From NCBI GenBank assembly GCA_002269645.1, contig NIVC01000515.1, positions 1 through 34,237 of the forward strand: a stretch of DNA of 34,237 nt, given 5' to 3'. Below the pieces are notes generated by a model, which worked only from the letters and a program-made list of their open reading frames with translations, was not told where the DNA came from and ran no database searches. Both the position numbers and the translations under genes were made by a program. Shown here piece by piece: positions 19,559-32,029 of the stretch (positions are counted from its first letter, which is position 1; each line of letters starts with the position of its first letter). The DNA is from Macrostomum lignano. Its lineage: Eukaryota.

Positions 19559-20124
19559 CGGTAAATTGTGTATAAAATGATGCCTTTAGGAAGCACTGCC
19601 GCTCCAGATTCCAGTTTGGGGATCTCCATGCTAACAGCCGAGTTAATAAGGATTGGAGCATTGAGGGAAGAGCTTTCGCAAAATGAGGGGCTGCCTATGC
19701 AGTAGTGACTGGGCAATGAAAAGCAGCCTTACAAAAGTAGTGCAGTTGGACAAAGGAAAAATCGAACGAAAAGGTGAAACGACCGAAAGAGGAGAAGCTG
19801 GAAAATGATGATGAGGAAGGCTGGCTTCAAGCTTCATCGAGCCCGCTAGACCGGGGCTCTATCGAGCGAGACAGCTGAGGCAGATGGCTCTGCAGGGTTT
19901 CAAGGCTAGAGAAAAAATGATGAGTAAACAGAGAAATTGAGTAGAACACAAAAGAATGCGCTTGGACATCGATATGGGGGATATTTAATTCTCAAAGATG
20001 CTCAAAGATGCTCCCAGCGTGGTATTCTGAATTGGTTTGCACACTGCTTCAAGTGGGTGGCAGAACTCAGGGGGGTAGTTTCTGGTTAGAAGGGTCTCAC
20101 AGATTCTCGGGAAGGTTCTCGAGG

Positions 20125-20540
20125 CGACTCTCAAGAGGAGATTCCCAAGGGGAGACTCTCAAGCGGAGACTCTCAAGGGAACATTCTCAAAGGGAGACTC
20201 TCAAGGAGAGATTCTCATGGGGAGACTCTCAAGGGGAGATTCGCATGGGGAGACTCTCATGGGGAGACTCTCAAGGGGAGATTCTCATGGGGAGACTCTC
20301 ATGGGGAGACTCTCAAGGGGAGACTCTCAAGGGGAGACTCTCAAGGAGAGACTCTCAAGGGGAGACTCTCAAGGGGAGATTCTCATGGGGAGACTCTCAT
20401 GGGGAGACTCTCAAGGGGAGACTCTTAAGGGGAGACTCTCAAGGGGAGACTCTCAAGGGGAGACTCTCAAGGAGAGACTCTCAAGGGGAGACTCTCAAGG
20501 GGAGATTCTCAAAGGGAAACTCTCAAGGGGAGATTCCCTA
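20125..20540. repeat. 15-bp minisatellite (ggggagactctcaag)
   Basis: Directly visible. Confidence 0.9.
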
Positions 20541-20936
20541 AGGAGATTCGCAGGGTTCCTAGGGGGATTTCCAACGGTAGATTATCGGGAAGATAATAAG
20601 AAGGAATTCTCAGAGGAATCCTCAAGAGATTCTGAAGAAAATTTGTCGAGGTGTGATATCATAGGGAAGATTTTCATGGTGGAGATGTTCCAAAGAAGAT
20701 TCTATTAAAAAAAGTGCGTGTGCTAATCATAATAAAAGATCTGCCGTTGAAGTATTTTAATTTCCTCGAAATAAACTTTCTAGTAATCCTACTATTAGTA
20801 GCTAATAAACCCTCTGAGATCCAAGCGGTTGATGGGAGTTTTAGCATTGGCCAATGGCAGCCCGCGGTCGATTTCGATAGAAATATTCAGCCAGAGCTTC
20901 GGCTAGCAGAAAAATTGGCAGCATCAGCAACAGACA

Positions 20937-21320
20937 ATGGCAATCAGTCTGCTGTTATTGTGGCTCCTGCTTCAATTGCAAATCACTGCTGCTGCTGCTG
21001 CGGCCAGCAACATCGGCTCGTCCAGAGGGGCCGCTGCGGCGGCCGCCGCTGCGTCGTCGGGTCGTCATCAGGACGGCTCCGGTGGCGAGCTCGGCGGCGG
21101 CGGAGGCTCAGGCCGGCTGGCATCGATGACGGACGGTGGCGGCGGCATGGGGCGCCTGTGCACGGATCACTGCTCGGAAGGGTTGCGCAATTGCTCAGCT
21201 GAGCAGCGGGCCAAGGAGACACTGCTGTGCGGCTATGATCGGACGTCCAGACCGGTGCTGCAGGAGGATAGCCAGATTCGTGTGCACATCGCTGTGGCTC
21301 TGTTTCATATTCTGGACGCG
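20937..21320 (+). CDS. Nicotinic acetylcholine receptor alpha-type subunit, exon 1 of 5
   Basis: Signal peptide MAISLLLLWLLLQLQITAA. AEQRAKETLLCGYDRTSRPV...IRVHIAVALFHILDA matches the Cys-loop receptor N-terminus. Donor GCG|GTGAGC at 21321 (phase 0). Confidence 0.85.
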
Positions 21321-21404
21321 GTGAGCCTTTGATTCTGAGCGTTTGACTCACCTATCGAAAGTTGAAGATAAGATTGGTCTTTCCTGGGCTTATGAGTGGG
21401 GGAG

Positions 21405-22045
21405 TGAAGGTTTATGGCTCTCAGATCTAAGATAATCGATAAAAGAGTGAAGGTTTATGCTCTCAGGTCAAAGATGAGTGATAAGAGATTGAAGGTTTAT
21501 GGCTTTCAGATCTAAGATAATCGATAAAAGAGTGAAGGTTTATGGCTCTCAGGTCTAACTGATAAGAGAGTGGGGGTTTTGGTTCCCTGGTCTAAGATAA
21601 GAGATAAGGGAGTGAGGGTTTATGGCTCTCAATTCTAAGATAAGAGATAAGAGAGTGGGGGGGGTTATGGCTCTCATGTCTAACTGATAAGAGAGTGGGG
21701 GTTTATGGTTCCCTGGTCTAAGATAATCGATAAAAGAGTGAAGGTTTATGGCTCTCAGGTCTAACTAATAAGAAAGTGGGGGTTTATGGTTCTCTGGTCT
21801 AAGATAAGAGATAAGAGAGTGAGGGTTTATGGCTCTCAATTCTAAGATAAGAGATAAGAGAGTGGGGGGGGGTTATGGCTCTCATGTCTAACTGATAAGA
21901 GAGTGGGGGTTTATGGTTCCCTGGTCTAAGATAATCGATAAAAGAGTGAAGGTTTATGGCTCTCAGGTCTAACTAATAAGAAAGTGGGGGTTTATGGTTC
22001 TCTGGTCTAAGATAAGAGATAAGAGAGTGAGGGTTTATGGCTCTC
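21405..22045. repeat. ~40-bp intronic minisatellite with ~208-bp higher-order duplication
   Basis: Units such as taagataatcgataaaagagtgaaggtttatggctctcaggtc; the block starting at 21721 recurs at 21929. Confidence 0.85.
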
Positions 22046-22656
22046 GGTTGTTTTTCTTTGCTGTTTAAACGTGCGCCAGTACATTTTCCCCCACTTCGTT
22101 TAACTTTTTGGAACGACAAAAATTTAAAGCGCATACGAGCACAACAGCAGACGAGAGAAAATCCAAAAATTCACCCAACCTGCTTCGCATGGCAACCGGG
22201 CCAATTTCCTGTCCGAATCTACAATTACACACTCGCAAGCGAAAGGGGAAGGAATGCGATAGACAGATGCTCCCCTCCCCGGCTAAGCGAGAGTTGCAAA
22301 ACTTCCCAACCCAGAGAGAAACGCTGCTTCGGGATCATAGGTGGGATTTTTGGATTTGACAAAATTTTGTTACGAATTCTCCTAGGCAGAGGAAAATTGC
22401 ATTAAATTCTGGATGCAGCGTTGCTTTGCTCGCATTAATGCGAAAAAGAGAGAAGGAAACAGACAGACAAACAGACAAAACTCTACTGGGATGGAGGGGA
22501 GAGTTTTGAGGGAACTCAAAACACAGTCCAGCTGAAGCTTTAGGAATAATCCGTAGAATATTGAGCAGCAACTGAATGCTGGAGGCTGACTCGGAAGGAT
22601 TCCTGTAGATTAATGTAAGAGGCCTGAAGCTTATTGTGGACGATTTCAAGCTTTTT

Positions 22657-22882
22657 GTAGAGAGCCCGAAGCCTACTATAGAGACCCTGAATATTACTGT
22701 CGAGAGCCTGAAGCCTACTATAGAGACCCTGAATATTACTGTCGAGAGCCTGAAGCCTACTATAGAGACCCTGAATATTACTGTCGAGAGCCTGAAGCCT
22801 ACTATAGAGACCCTGAATATTACTGTAGAGAGCCTGAAGCCTACTATAGAGACCCTGAATATTACTGTAGAGAGCCTGAAGT
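22657..22882. repeat. 42-bp intronic minisatellite (gagagcctgaagcctactatagagaccctgaatattactgtc), 5 copies with degenerate flanks
   Basis: Directly visible; the unit is a diverged dimer of 21 bp. Confidence 0.9.
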
Positions 22883-23241
22883 TTGCTGTGGAAATCCTGA
22901 AGTTTAATGTAGAAAGCCTGAAGCTTGCCGCTGAGAGCCTGAAGTTTTCTTTAGGTTCCTGAAGTTTACTGTAGAGAGGCTGAAGAGCCTGAAACGTTTT
23001 AGAGAGCCTGAAGCTCAAATAAGACTTGAATTTTTGTTCAAAATTTCTAAAGCGAAACTATCCTTCCATCCGTTGCGACAACCCTGAGGGCCTGAAACTA
23101 GTTATAGACAGCCTGATGTCTTGAAGTGAAACTTGATGAAGTGTCTCAATCCTTAGATTACATCGTTTCAAATGCTAGCTTAGAATAACTTTATACGTAG
23201 CTAACAGAGGTGCTAAATATTTTAATTGCAAAACACTTCAG

Positions 23242-23286
23242 GACGAAAAGCATCAAACTTTGACGATACTGCTGTCAATCCGATTG
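23242..23286 (+). CDS. nAChR alpha-type subunit, exon 2 of 5 (45 bp; missed by the ORF track)
   Basis: CTTCAG|GAC GAA AAG CAT CAA ACT TTG ACG ATA CTG CTG TCA ATC CGA TTG|GTAATT encodes DEKHQTLTILLSIRL, the DEKNQ.LT segment of nAChRs; phase 0/0. Confidence 0.85.
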
Positions 23287-23378
23287 GTAATTGATGATTT
23301 CGAATCACTTTTCTGGCACATGTTTTATTGCAACCGGCCCGCGAGTACTTTACCGATTTTGTACACGCTTATTTTCAG

Positions 23379-23488
23379 CGGTGGACAGACGAACACCTGA
23401 TTTGGCTGCCGGACGAGTTCAATGGCACCCAGTCCATACATATCCCATCTGGCTCGATATGGACTCCTGATATTGTCATCTCCAACAG
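23379..23488 (+). CDS. nAChR alpha-type subunit, exon 3 of 5
   Basis: ATTTTCAG| RWTDEHLIWLPDEFNGTQSIHIPSGSIWTPDIVISN AG|GTGCGT (phase 0/2); W.D..L.W and IW.PDI motifs. Confidence 0.9.
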
Positions 23489-23494
23489 GTGCGT

Positions 23495-23837
<343 letters not shown>

Positions 23838-24460
23838 CTACAGTGAGTAGAGCTTGACAGTAGAGGGTCAGCATATTTACTAAGTTATGCTTACTAACCT
23901 ATTCGGTACAATCCAATTTCGGGCCCCAGAAAGCTTTCAGCAGCATCAGTTGAATCCAATCAGTTTTTCAGCTTCAGCGATCCGACAAAATTGGCTCGGA
24001 TCGGCGGTCAAAGAAATGAATTGATTAAAACTGGCTGCCCACTAGAATTTTGGAGGGCAGGCTTTGGTAAAAAATAAATAGCAGGGTGGGCCAACGCTTG
24101 GCGTCTGCGTGTCTCTGTGGCTGCGACTCCTTCAATCTTGGCTTAAAATTTTCCCGATTTAAAAGTACAAAGTATTAAACATAAAATGAATTACATTAAC
24201 CCGTTCAATTTCATTATTCGTTTCAATTGTTTGCCTTGGCTTTACAAAAATTCGCATTCGCGGAGAGAGAAATGCCTTGAGGCGATGCTTTGGGATTGGA
24301 AATTCTGAATAATTGGAGCTTGAAAAACAATGAATGCGCGGAATTCATTGTTGCCATTATCGACTGATGAGATCGAGGAATCGAGGGCCTGACTGCTGGC
24401 CTTCTCGCTGATTTATGGCAACTAAACTGAAGCCTACTGCTGGCACTAATCCTTAGCTGC

Positions 24461-24772
24461 CAAGGACCGCTGTAGCATAACAGGATCAAGGACCACTGTA
24501 GCATAACAGGATCAAGGACCACTGTAGTATAACAGGATCAAGGACCACTGTAGCATAACAGGATCAAGGACCGCTGTAGTATAACAGGATCAAGGACCAC
24601 TGTAGCATAACAGGATCAAGGACCACTGTAGCATAACAGGATCAAGGACCACTGTAGTATAACAGGATCAAGGACCACTGTAGTATAACAGGATCAGGGA
24701 CCACTGTAGTATAACAGGATCAAGGACCACTGTAGTAAAACAGGATCAAGAACCGCTGTAGTATGACAGGAT
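24461..24772. repeat. 26-bp minisatellite, left arm (12 copies; ataacaggatcaaggaccactgtagc/t)
   Basis: Period 26; reverse complement of the array at 24930-27055. Confidence 0.95.
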
Positions 24773-24929
24773 AATTAAAGAAATGGTAATTTTAACTCAC
24801 CCAAATCAAATGCAGTCATTGATTTTGTGATGTAAAAAATGTTTCTTATCTCGCAGTGTCTTTTTTTTCCAGGATATTTGGCCTCCAAAAAATCGCAAAA
24901 TCTTTGAGTTTTGAGTTGCACCTCGTACG

Positions 24930-27055
24930 TCCTGTATACTACAGTGGTCCTTGATCCTGTTATACTACAGTGGTCCTTGATCCTGTTATACTACAGCGGT
25001 CCTTGATCCTGTTATACTACAGTGGTCCTTGATCCTGTTATACTACAGCGGTCCTTGATCCTGTTATACTACAGTGGTCCTTGATCCTGTTATACTACAG
25101 CGGTCCTTGATCCTGTTATGCTACAGTGGTCCTTGATCCTGTTATACTACAGTGGTCCTTGATCCTGTTATACTACAGTGGTTCTTGATCCTGTTATACT
25201 ACAGTGGTCCTTGATCCTGTTATGCTACAGTGGTCCTTGATCCTGTTATGCTACAGTGGTCCTTGATCCTGTTATGCTACAGCGGTCCTTGATCCTGTTA
25301 TACTACAGTGGTCCTTGATCCTGTTATACTACAGTGGTCCTTGATCCTGTTATGCTACAGTGGTCCTTGATCCTGTTATACTACAGTGGTTCTTGATTCT
25401 GTTATACTACAGTGGTCCTTGATCCTGTTATACTACAGTGGTCCTTGATCCTGTTATACTACAGTGGTCCTTGATCCTGTTATACTACAGTGGTCCTTGA
25501 TCCTGTTATGCTACGGTGGTCCTTGATCCTGTTATACTACAGTGGTCCGTGATCCTGTTATACTACAGTGGTCCTTGATCCTGTTATACTACAGTGGTCC
25601 TTGATCCTGTTATGCTACAGTGGTCCTTGATCCTGTTATACTACAGTGGTCCTTGATCCTGTTATACTACAGCGGCCCTTGATCCTGTTATGCTACAGTG
25701 GTCCTTGATCCTGTTATGCTACAGTGGTCCTTGATCCTGTTATGCTACAGTGGTCCTTGATCCTGTTATGCTACAGTGGTCCTTGATCCTGCTATACTAC
25801 AGCGGTCCTTGATCCTGTTATGCTACAGTGGTCCTTGATCCTGCTATACTACAGCGGTCCTTGATCCTGTTATGCTACAGTGGTCCTTGATCCTGTTATG
25901 CTACAGTGGTCCTTGATCCTGTTATGCTACAGTGGTCCGTGATCCTGTTATGCTACAGTGGTCCTTGATCCTGTTATGCTACAGTGGTTCTTGATCCTGT
26001 TATACTACAGTGGTCCTTGATCCTGTTATGCTACAGTGGTCCTTGATCCTGTTATACTACAGTGGTCCTTGATCCTGTTATACTACAGTGGTCCTTGATC
26101 CTGTTATGCTACAGTGGTCCTTGATCCTGTTATACTACAGTGGTCCTTGATCCTGTTATGCTACAGTGGTTCTTGATCCTGTTATGCTACAGTGGTCCTT
26201 GATCCTGTTATGCTACAGTGGTTCTTGATCCTGTTATGCTACAGTGGTCCTTGATCCTGTTATGCTACAGTGGTCCTTGATCCTGTTATGCTACAGTGGT
26301 CCTTGATCCTGTTATACTACAGTGGTCCTTGATCCTGTTATACTACAGTGGTTCTTGATCCTGTTATGCTACAGTGGTCCTTGATCCTGTTATGCTACAG
26401 TGGTCTTGATCCTGTTATGCTACAGTGGTCCTTGATCCTGTTATGCTACAGTGGTTCTTGATCCTGTTATGCTACAGTGGTCCTTGATCCTGTTATGCTA
26501 CAGTGGTCCTTGATCCTGTTATGCTACAGTGGTCTTGATCCTGTTATGCTACAGTGGTCCTTGATCCTGTTATGCTACAGTGGTCTTGATCCTGTTATGC
26601 TACAGTGGTCCTTGATCCTGTTATGCTACAGTGGTCCTTGATCCTGTTATGCTACAGTGGTCCTTGATCCTGTTATACTACAGTGGTCCTTGATCCTGTT
26701 ATGCTACAGTGGTCCTTGATCCTGTTATGCTACAGTGGTCCTTGATCCTGTTATGCTACAGTGGTCCTTGATCCTGTTATGCTACAGTGGTCCTTGATCC
26801 TGTTATGCTACAGTGGTTCTTGATCCTGTTATGCTACAGTGGTCCTTGATCCTGTTATGCTACAGTGGTTCCTTGATCCTGTTATGCTACAGTGGTCCTT
26901 GATCCTGTTATGCTACAGTGGTCCTTGATCCTGTTATGCTACAGTGGTCCTTGATCCTGTTATACTACAGTGGTCTTGATCCTGCTACAGTGGTCCTTGA
27001 TCCTGTTATGCTACAGTGGTCCTTGATCCTGTTATGCTACAGTGGTCCTTGATCC
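24930..27055. repeat. 26-bp minisatellite, right arm (about 82 copies; gctacagtggtccttgatcctgttat)
   Basis: Directly visible; inverted relative to 24461-24772. Confidence 0.97.
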
Positions 27056-27072
27056 CTAATCTCCCATTGCAG

Positions 27073-27614
27073 CGCAGACGACAGTAACAAACGCTTCGCC
27101 AGCACAAACATTGTTGTTCAGCACAACGGCTCCGTGCTGTGGATGTTCCCAGCCCTGGTGAAGGTCACCTGCAACTTGGCTGTCAAGTATTTCCCATTCG
27201 ACTCGCAGCGCTGCAATGTCACCTTCATCAGCTGGACTTATCACCTGTACCAGGTGGACCTGTGGCACGACGAATCAGTGGACGCCAACAGAAACTACTT
27301 CTCGGAGGCCAGTCAAGAGTGGAATGTGACCAGCATAGCCTATTCCCGCTCTACCGGGGTGTACGCCTGCTGCAGTGAGCCCTGGCCGGACATCACCATC
27401 ACCATCGACATGACTCGACGATCACTGTTCTACGTGTTGAACCTGGTGTTCCCCTGCGCCCTGATGTACCTTACCAGTTGGCTCGGCTTCTTCTTGCCCG
27501 CCGAGTCTGGCGAGAAAGTCAACTTGGAGCTGACCATCCTGCTGGCTCTGGTGGTGTTCCTCATGATTGTTGGCGACACTCTGCCGCCTACACCCGATGC
27601 CATTCCGCTTGTGG
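27073..27614 (+). CDS. nAChR alpha-type subunit, exon 4 of 5 (Cys-loop, loops B and C, M1, M2)
   Basis: CTAATCTCCCATTGCAG| acceptor (phase 2). Cys-loop CNLAVKYFPFDSQRC, SWTY, vicinal cysteines YACCSEPWPD, M1 RRSLFYVLNLVFPC, PAESGEK and M2. Donor GTGG|GTGAGT at 27615 (phase 1). Loop C resembles alpha9/alpha10-type sequences. Confidence 0.95.
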
Positions 27615-27699
27615 GTGAGTAAGGGGATGCTGGGGATGAGGCTGGGCGAATTGCTGGGGGATTTTAGTGCTTAACCCTTGTAGAATGGGATTTAAATGC

Positions 27700-28920
27700 T
27701 TAAGGATGTGTTTGGATATTTTCAAGGGGATTTGGATGTTTAGGATGGGATTTGATGCTAATGATGGGATTTGGATGTTTAGGGTGAGATTTGGATATTT
27801 AGGATGGGATCTGGATATTTAGGATAGTATTAGAATATTTAGGGTGGGATCTAACTGTTTAGGATGGGATCTAACTGTTTAGGATGGGATCTAACTGTTT
27901 AGGATGGGATCTAACTGTTTAGGATGGGATCTAACTGTTTAGGATGGGATCTAACTGTTTAGGATGGGATCTAACTGTTTAGGATGGGATCTAACTGTTT
28001 AGGATGGGATCTAACTGTTTAGGATGGGATCTAACTGTTTAGGATGGGATCTAACTGTTTAGGATGGGATCCGAATGCCTAGGATGGGAGTTGAATGCTT
28101 GGGATGGGATCTGGATGCTTAGGATGGGATTTGTATGTTTAGGATGGGATCTGGATATTTAGGATGGTATTAGAATATTTAGGGTGGGATCTAACTGTTT
28201 AGGATTGGATCTAACTGTTTAGGATGGGATCTGAATGCTTAGGATGGGATCTGCATGCTTAGGGTGGGATCTGAATGCCTAGGATGGGAGTTGAATGCTT
28301 GGGATGGGATCTGGATGCTTAGGATGGGATTTGTATGTTTAGGATGGGATCTGGATATTTAGGATGGTATTAGAATATTTAGGGTGGGATCTAACTGTTT
28401 AGGATTGGATCTAACTGTTTAGGATGGGATCTGAATGCTTAGGATGGGATCTGCATGCTTAGGGTGGGATCTGAATGCCTAGGATGGGAGTTGAATGCTT
28501 GGGATGGGATCTGGATGCTTAGGATGGGATTTGTATGTTTAGGATGGGATCTGGATATTTAGGATGGTATTAGAATATTTAGGGTGGGATCTAACTGTTT
28601 AGGATTGGATCTAACTGTTTAGGATGGGATCTGAATGCTTAGGATGGGATCTACATGCTTAGGGTGGGATCTGAATGCCTAGGATGGGAGTTGAATGTTT
28701 AGGATGGGATCTGGATATTTAGGATGGGATCTGGATGCTTAGGATGGGATCTGAATGCCTAGGATGGGATCTGGATGCTTAGGATGGGATCTGGATATTT
28801 AGGATGGGATCTGGATGCTTAGAATGGGATCTGGATATTTAGGATGGGATCTGGATATTCAGGATGGGATTTTTATGTCTAGGATGGGATCTAGATATTT
28901 GGGATTAGGATGGGATTTTA
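27700..28920. repeat. 20-bp intronic minisatellite (aggatgggatctaactgttt) with a 200-bp higher-order repeat
   Basis: The marker variant aggatgggagttgaatg recurs at 28081, 28281, 28481 and 28681. Confidence 0.95.
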
Positions 28921-29419
28921 ATGCTTTTTAGGGATTTTTAGGATGGTTTCAGACGGTTTGGGACTGATTAGGACTTGGAAACTAGAATTGGCGTTGAAGT
29001 ATTTGAGTAGTGATATCATTACAATGAATATCGACTGTGATGTTTATTAAGCGTATCAAAAATGGTAATACTTGAGCCAAAAACGGTACAGCTCGAAGCA
29101 AATTGCCATGTCCCCCAGCTTCTCACCTGAGTATTCGAAGTAGCTCAGCATTGATGCAAAAACTCCTTGGAGCGAAGCAACGACTGAGCACTACTACTCA
29201 TAGTTATCAAGACGGGCTTGACTACACACTGGCTACTTGTTGGCCTATAGAAGAACTCTGAAAAAGAAATTGCAGCCCGTTCAACTATACTGACTATGGT
29301 TTGAATAATAATCTTTGTTTACAGTACGAGATTTATAATAATTCAATTTATTTTCTTAGAATACATGCATGATTATTTCTCAATATCTCACTTTGCTGTG
29401 TTTGGCTAGAAGCTCTGAT

Positions 29420-30980
29420 CTCTGGAGAGGGGAGAGAAGAGAGAAGAGATGAGAGAAAAGAGAGGAGAGGGAGAGAGGAGAGAAGAGAAGAGAGAAGATA
29501 GGAGAGAAAAGAGAGGAGAGGGGAGAGTGGAGAGAGGAGAGTGGAGAGAGGAGAGAAGAGAAGATAGAAGAGATGAGACGGGGAGAGGAGAAGGGAGAGA
29601 GGAGAGAAGAGAAGAGAGAAGAGATGAGAGGGGGAGAGGAGAGGGGAGAGAGGAGAGAAGAGAAGATAGAAGAGATGAGACGGGGAGAGGAGTAGGGAGA
29701 GAGGAGAGAAGAGAAGAGAGAAGAGATGAGAGGGGGGAGAGGAGAGGGGAGAGAGGAGAGAAGAAAAGAGAGAAGATAGGAGAGAAAAGAGAGGAGAGGG
29801 GAGAGTGGAGAGAGGAGAGTGGAGAGAGGAGAGAAGAGAAGATAGAAGAGATGAGAGGGGGGAGAGGAGAGGGGAGAGAGGAGAGAAGAGAAGAGAGAAG
29901 AGATGAGAGAAAAGAGAGGAGAGGGGAGAGTGGAGAGAGGAGAGGGGAGCGAGGAGAGAAGAGAAGATAGAAGAGATGAGAGGGGGGAGAGGAGAGGGGA
30001 GAGAGGAGAGAAGAGAAGATAGAAGAGAGGAGAGAAAAGAGAGGAGAGGGAGTCAGAGAGTGGAGAGAGGAGAGTGGAGAGAGGAGAGAAGAGAAGATAG
30101 AAGAGATGAGACGGGGAGAGGAGAAGGGAGAGAGGAGAGAAGAGAAGAGAGAAGAGATGAGAGGGGAGAGGAGAGGGGAGAGAGGAGAGAAGAGAAGATA
30201 GAAGAGATGAGACGGGGAGAGGAGAAGGGAGAGAGGAGAGAAGAGAAGAGAGAAGAGATGAGAGGGGGAGAGGAGAGGGGAGAGAGGAGAGAAGAAAAGA
30301 GAGAAGATAGGAGAGAAAAGAGAGGAGAGAGAGTGGAGAGAGGAGAGTGGAGAGAGGAGAGAAGAGAAGATAGAAGAGATGAGACGGGGAGAGGAGAGGG
30401 GAGAGAGGAGAGAAGAGAAGAGAGGAGAGGGGAGAGTGGAGAGAGGAGAGTGGAGAGAGGAGAGAAGAGAAGATAGAAGAGATGAGACGGGGAGAGGAGA
30501 AGGGAGAGAGGAGAGAAGAGAAGAGAGAAGAGATGAGAGGGGGGAGAGGAGAGGGGAGAGAGGAGAGAAGAAAAGAGAGAAGATAGGAGAGAAAAGAGAG
30601 GAGAGGGGAGAGTGGAGAGAGGAGAGTGGAGAGAGGAGAGAAGAGAAGATAGAAGAGATGAGACGGGGAGAGGAGAAGGGAGAGAGGAGAGAAGAGAAGA
30701 GAGAAGAGATGAGAGGGGGGAGGGAGAGGGGAGAGAGGAGAGAGGAGAGTGGAGAGAGGAGAGAAGAGAAGATAGAAGAGATGAGACGGGGAGAGGAGAG
30801 GGGAGAGAGGAGAGAAGAGAAGCGAGAAGATAGGAGAAAAAAGAGAGGAGAGGGAGAGTGGAGAGAAGAGATGACAGGGGACAAAAGAGAGAAGAGAGGA
30901 GAGGGGAAGAGAGGATAGGGAGAGGGGAGAGAGGAGAGAAGAGAGCTGAGAGAAGAGAGCTGAGAGAAGAGAGCTGAAAA
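29420..30980. repeat. GA-rich homopurine complex satellite (intronic)
   Basis: Directly visible. Confidence 0.95.
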
Positions 30981-31147
30981 GAGCTCAACAAACCTTGAGC
31001 GGGCCGGATTGCTATTGTGAAGTTTCAAGGGACCCGAGGGCCGGATAGAGAGGCTTTGCGGGCTGCATGTGGCCAGTGGGCTGGAGTCTGCCGACCTCTG
31101 GCATGCTAACAAATAAAATAACAAAGTACACCCTGCACTTCAAACAG

Positions 31148-31590
31148 GTCTACTCTTCGGCTCCACAATGCTAATGGTATCTCTGGCTCTCCTGATGGCC
31201 GTCGCAGTGACCAATATTCACGTGAGAAAGTTCACCCGCTCAACTGGTCGAGTGCCCGACTGTCTCCGCCGCTACGTGTCCAGATTTCACTGTCAGCAAA
31301 GCTGTCGCTACCGGCGACGCCCAAGACGCAAGGAGCAACAGCCGGCAGTTGTTAGAGAACTGGGCAGCGATGAAGCAGAGATGGCTGGGGATAGCGTTGC
31401 CAGAGGCAAGCCGCGAGGAGGACTGCATAAGGAAGAATTGAGCAGCTGCCTGTGCAGCAGCCCAGAAGCGTGGGTTGCTCTGGCCAGATCGGCTGACAGA
31501 ATTCTGTTCTGGCTGTTCTTGGCCATCAGCGGTGTGGCGATAAGCGTTATTTATCAGAGCGTGCCCAGCAGTGCGCTGAATTTTAAATAA
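31148..31590 (+). CDS. nAChR alpha-type subunit, exon 5 of 5 (M3, loop, M4)
   Basis: CAAACAG|GT (phase 1, G+GT = Gly). M3 LLFGSTMLMVSLALLMAVAVTNIH; WVALARSADRILFWLF M4; TAA at 31588-31590. The five exons sum to 1524 nt, or 507 aa plus stop. Confidence 0.9.
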
Positions 31591-32029
31591 AATTTCCGGA
31601 ATTAATATACTTCATGAGGAACGAGCTTTTCCTTGACGAGCCAGGACAAGTGTGTAGATTGTTTCAGCGTCATACTGGCATAAAGATCTTCCGCAAGGCT
31701 CTACTACAATAGAAACCAATAAAGTGGGTTGGCGGTAGCACCTTAGAAATTAATACTAGTAATAATATCACGCCAGCAAAAAGTACGAATCCGGAATGGA
31801 ATTCAGTTATAAAAAACGTTGTTGGCTGCTCGAATATAACTTTACAAGCCTCATAAAGATTCGATTTGCATATACTAGTTAGCTTAGTACTAAAGCTGCG
31901 CCTCTGGTGGCTGTTGGATCGAATTTCGATTTTTGGCTGAATGAATTTTTTATGCCTGAATCGAGCCAAAATCGAATTAAAGCAGGCCGCACATCATGTC
32001 GTCCGCTTGGCAAAAACAACTTTGTTAGT

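Noticed and set aside
20008-21202. GDSQG/GRLSR repeat ORFs and ORF 20714-21202
   Set aside because: The first are 15-bp satellite translations. The latter is an alternative frame of nAChR exon 1.
22335-23018. In-frame 14-aa repeat ORFs on both strands
   Set aside because: A 42-bp satellite within nAChR intron 1 with non-ATG starts. Openness on both strands is explained by unit length; no unique domain.
29406-31124. 572-aa and other Ser/Leu or Glu/Arg-rich ORFs
   Set aside because: Translations of the GA-rich satellite in nAChR intron 4.
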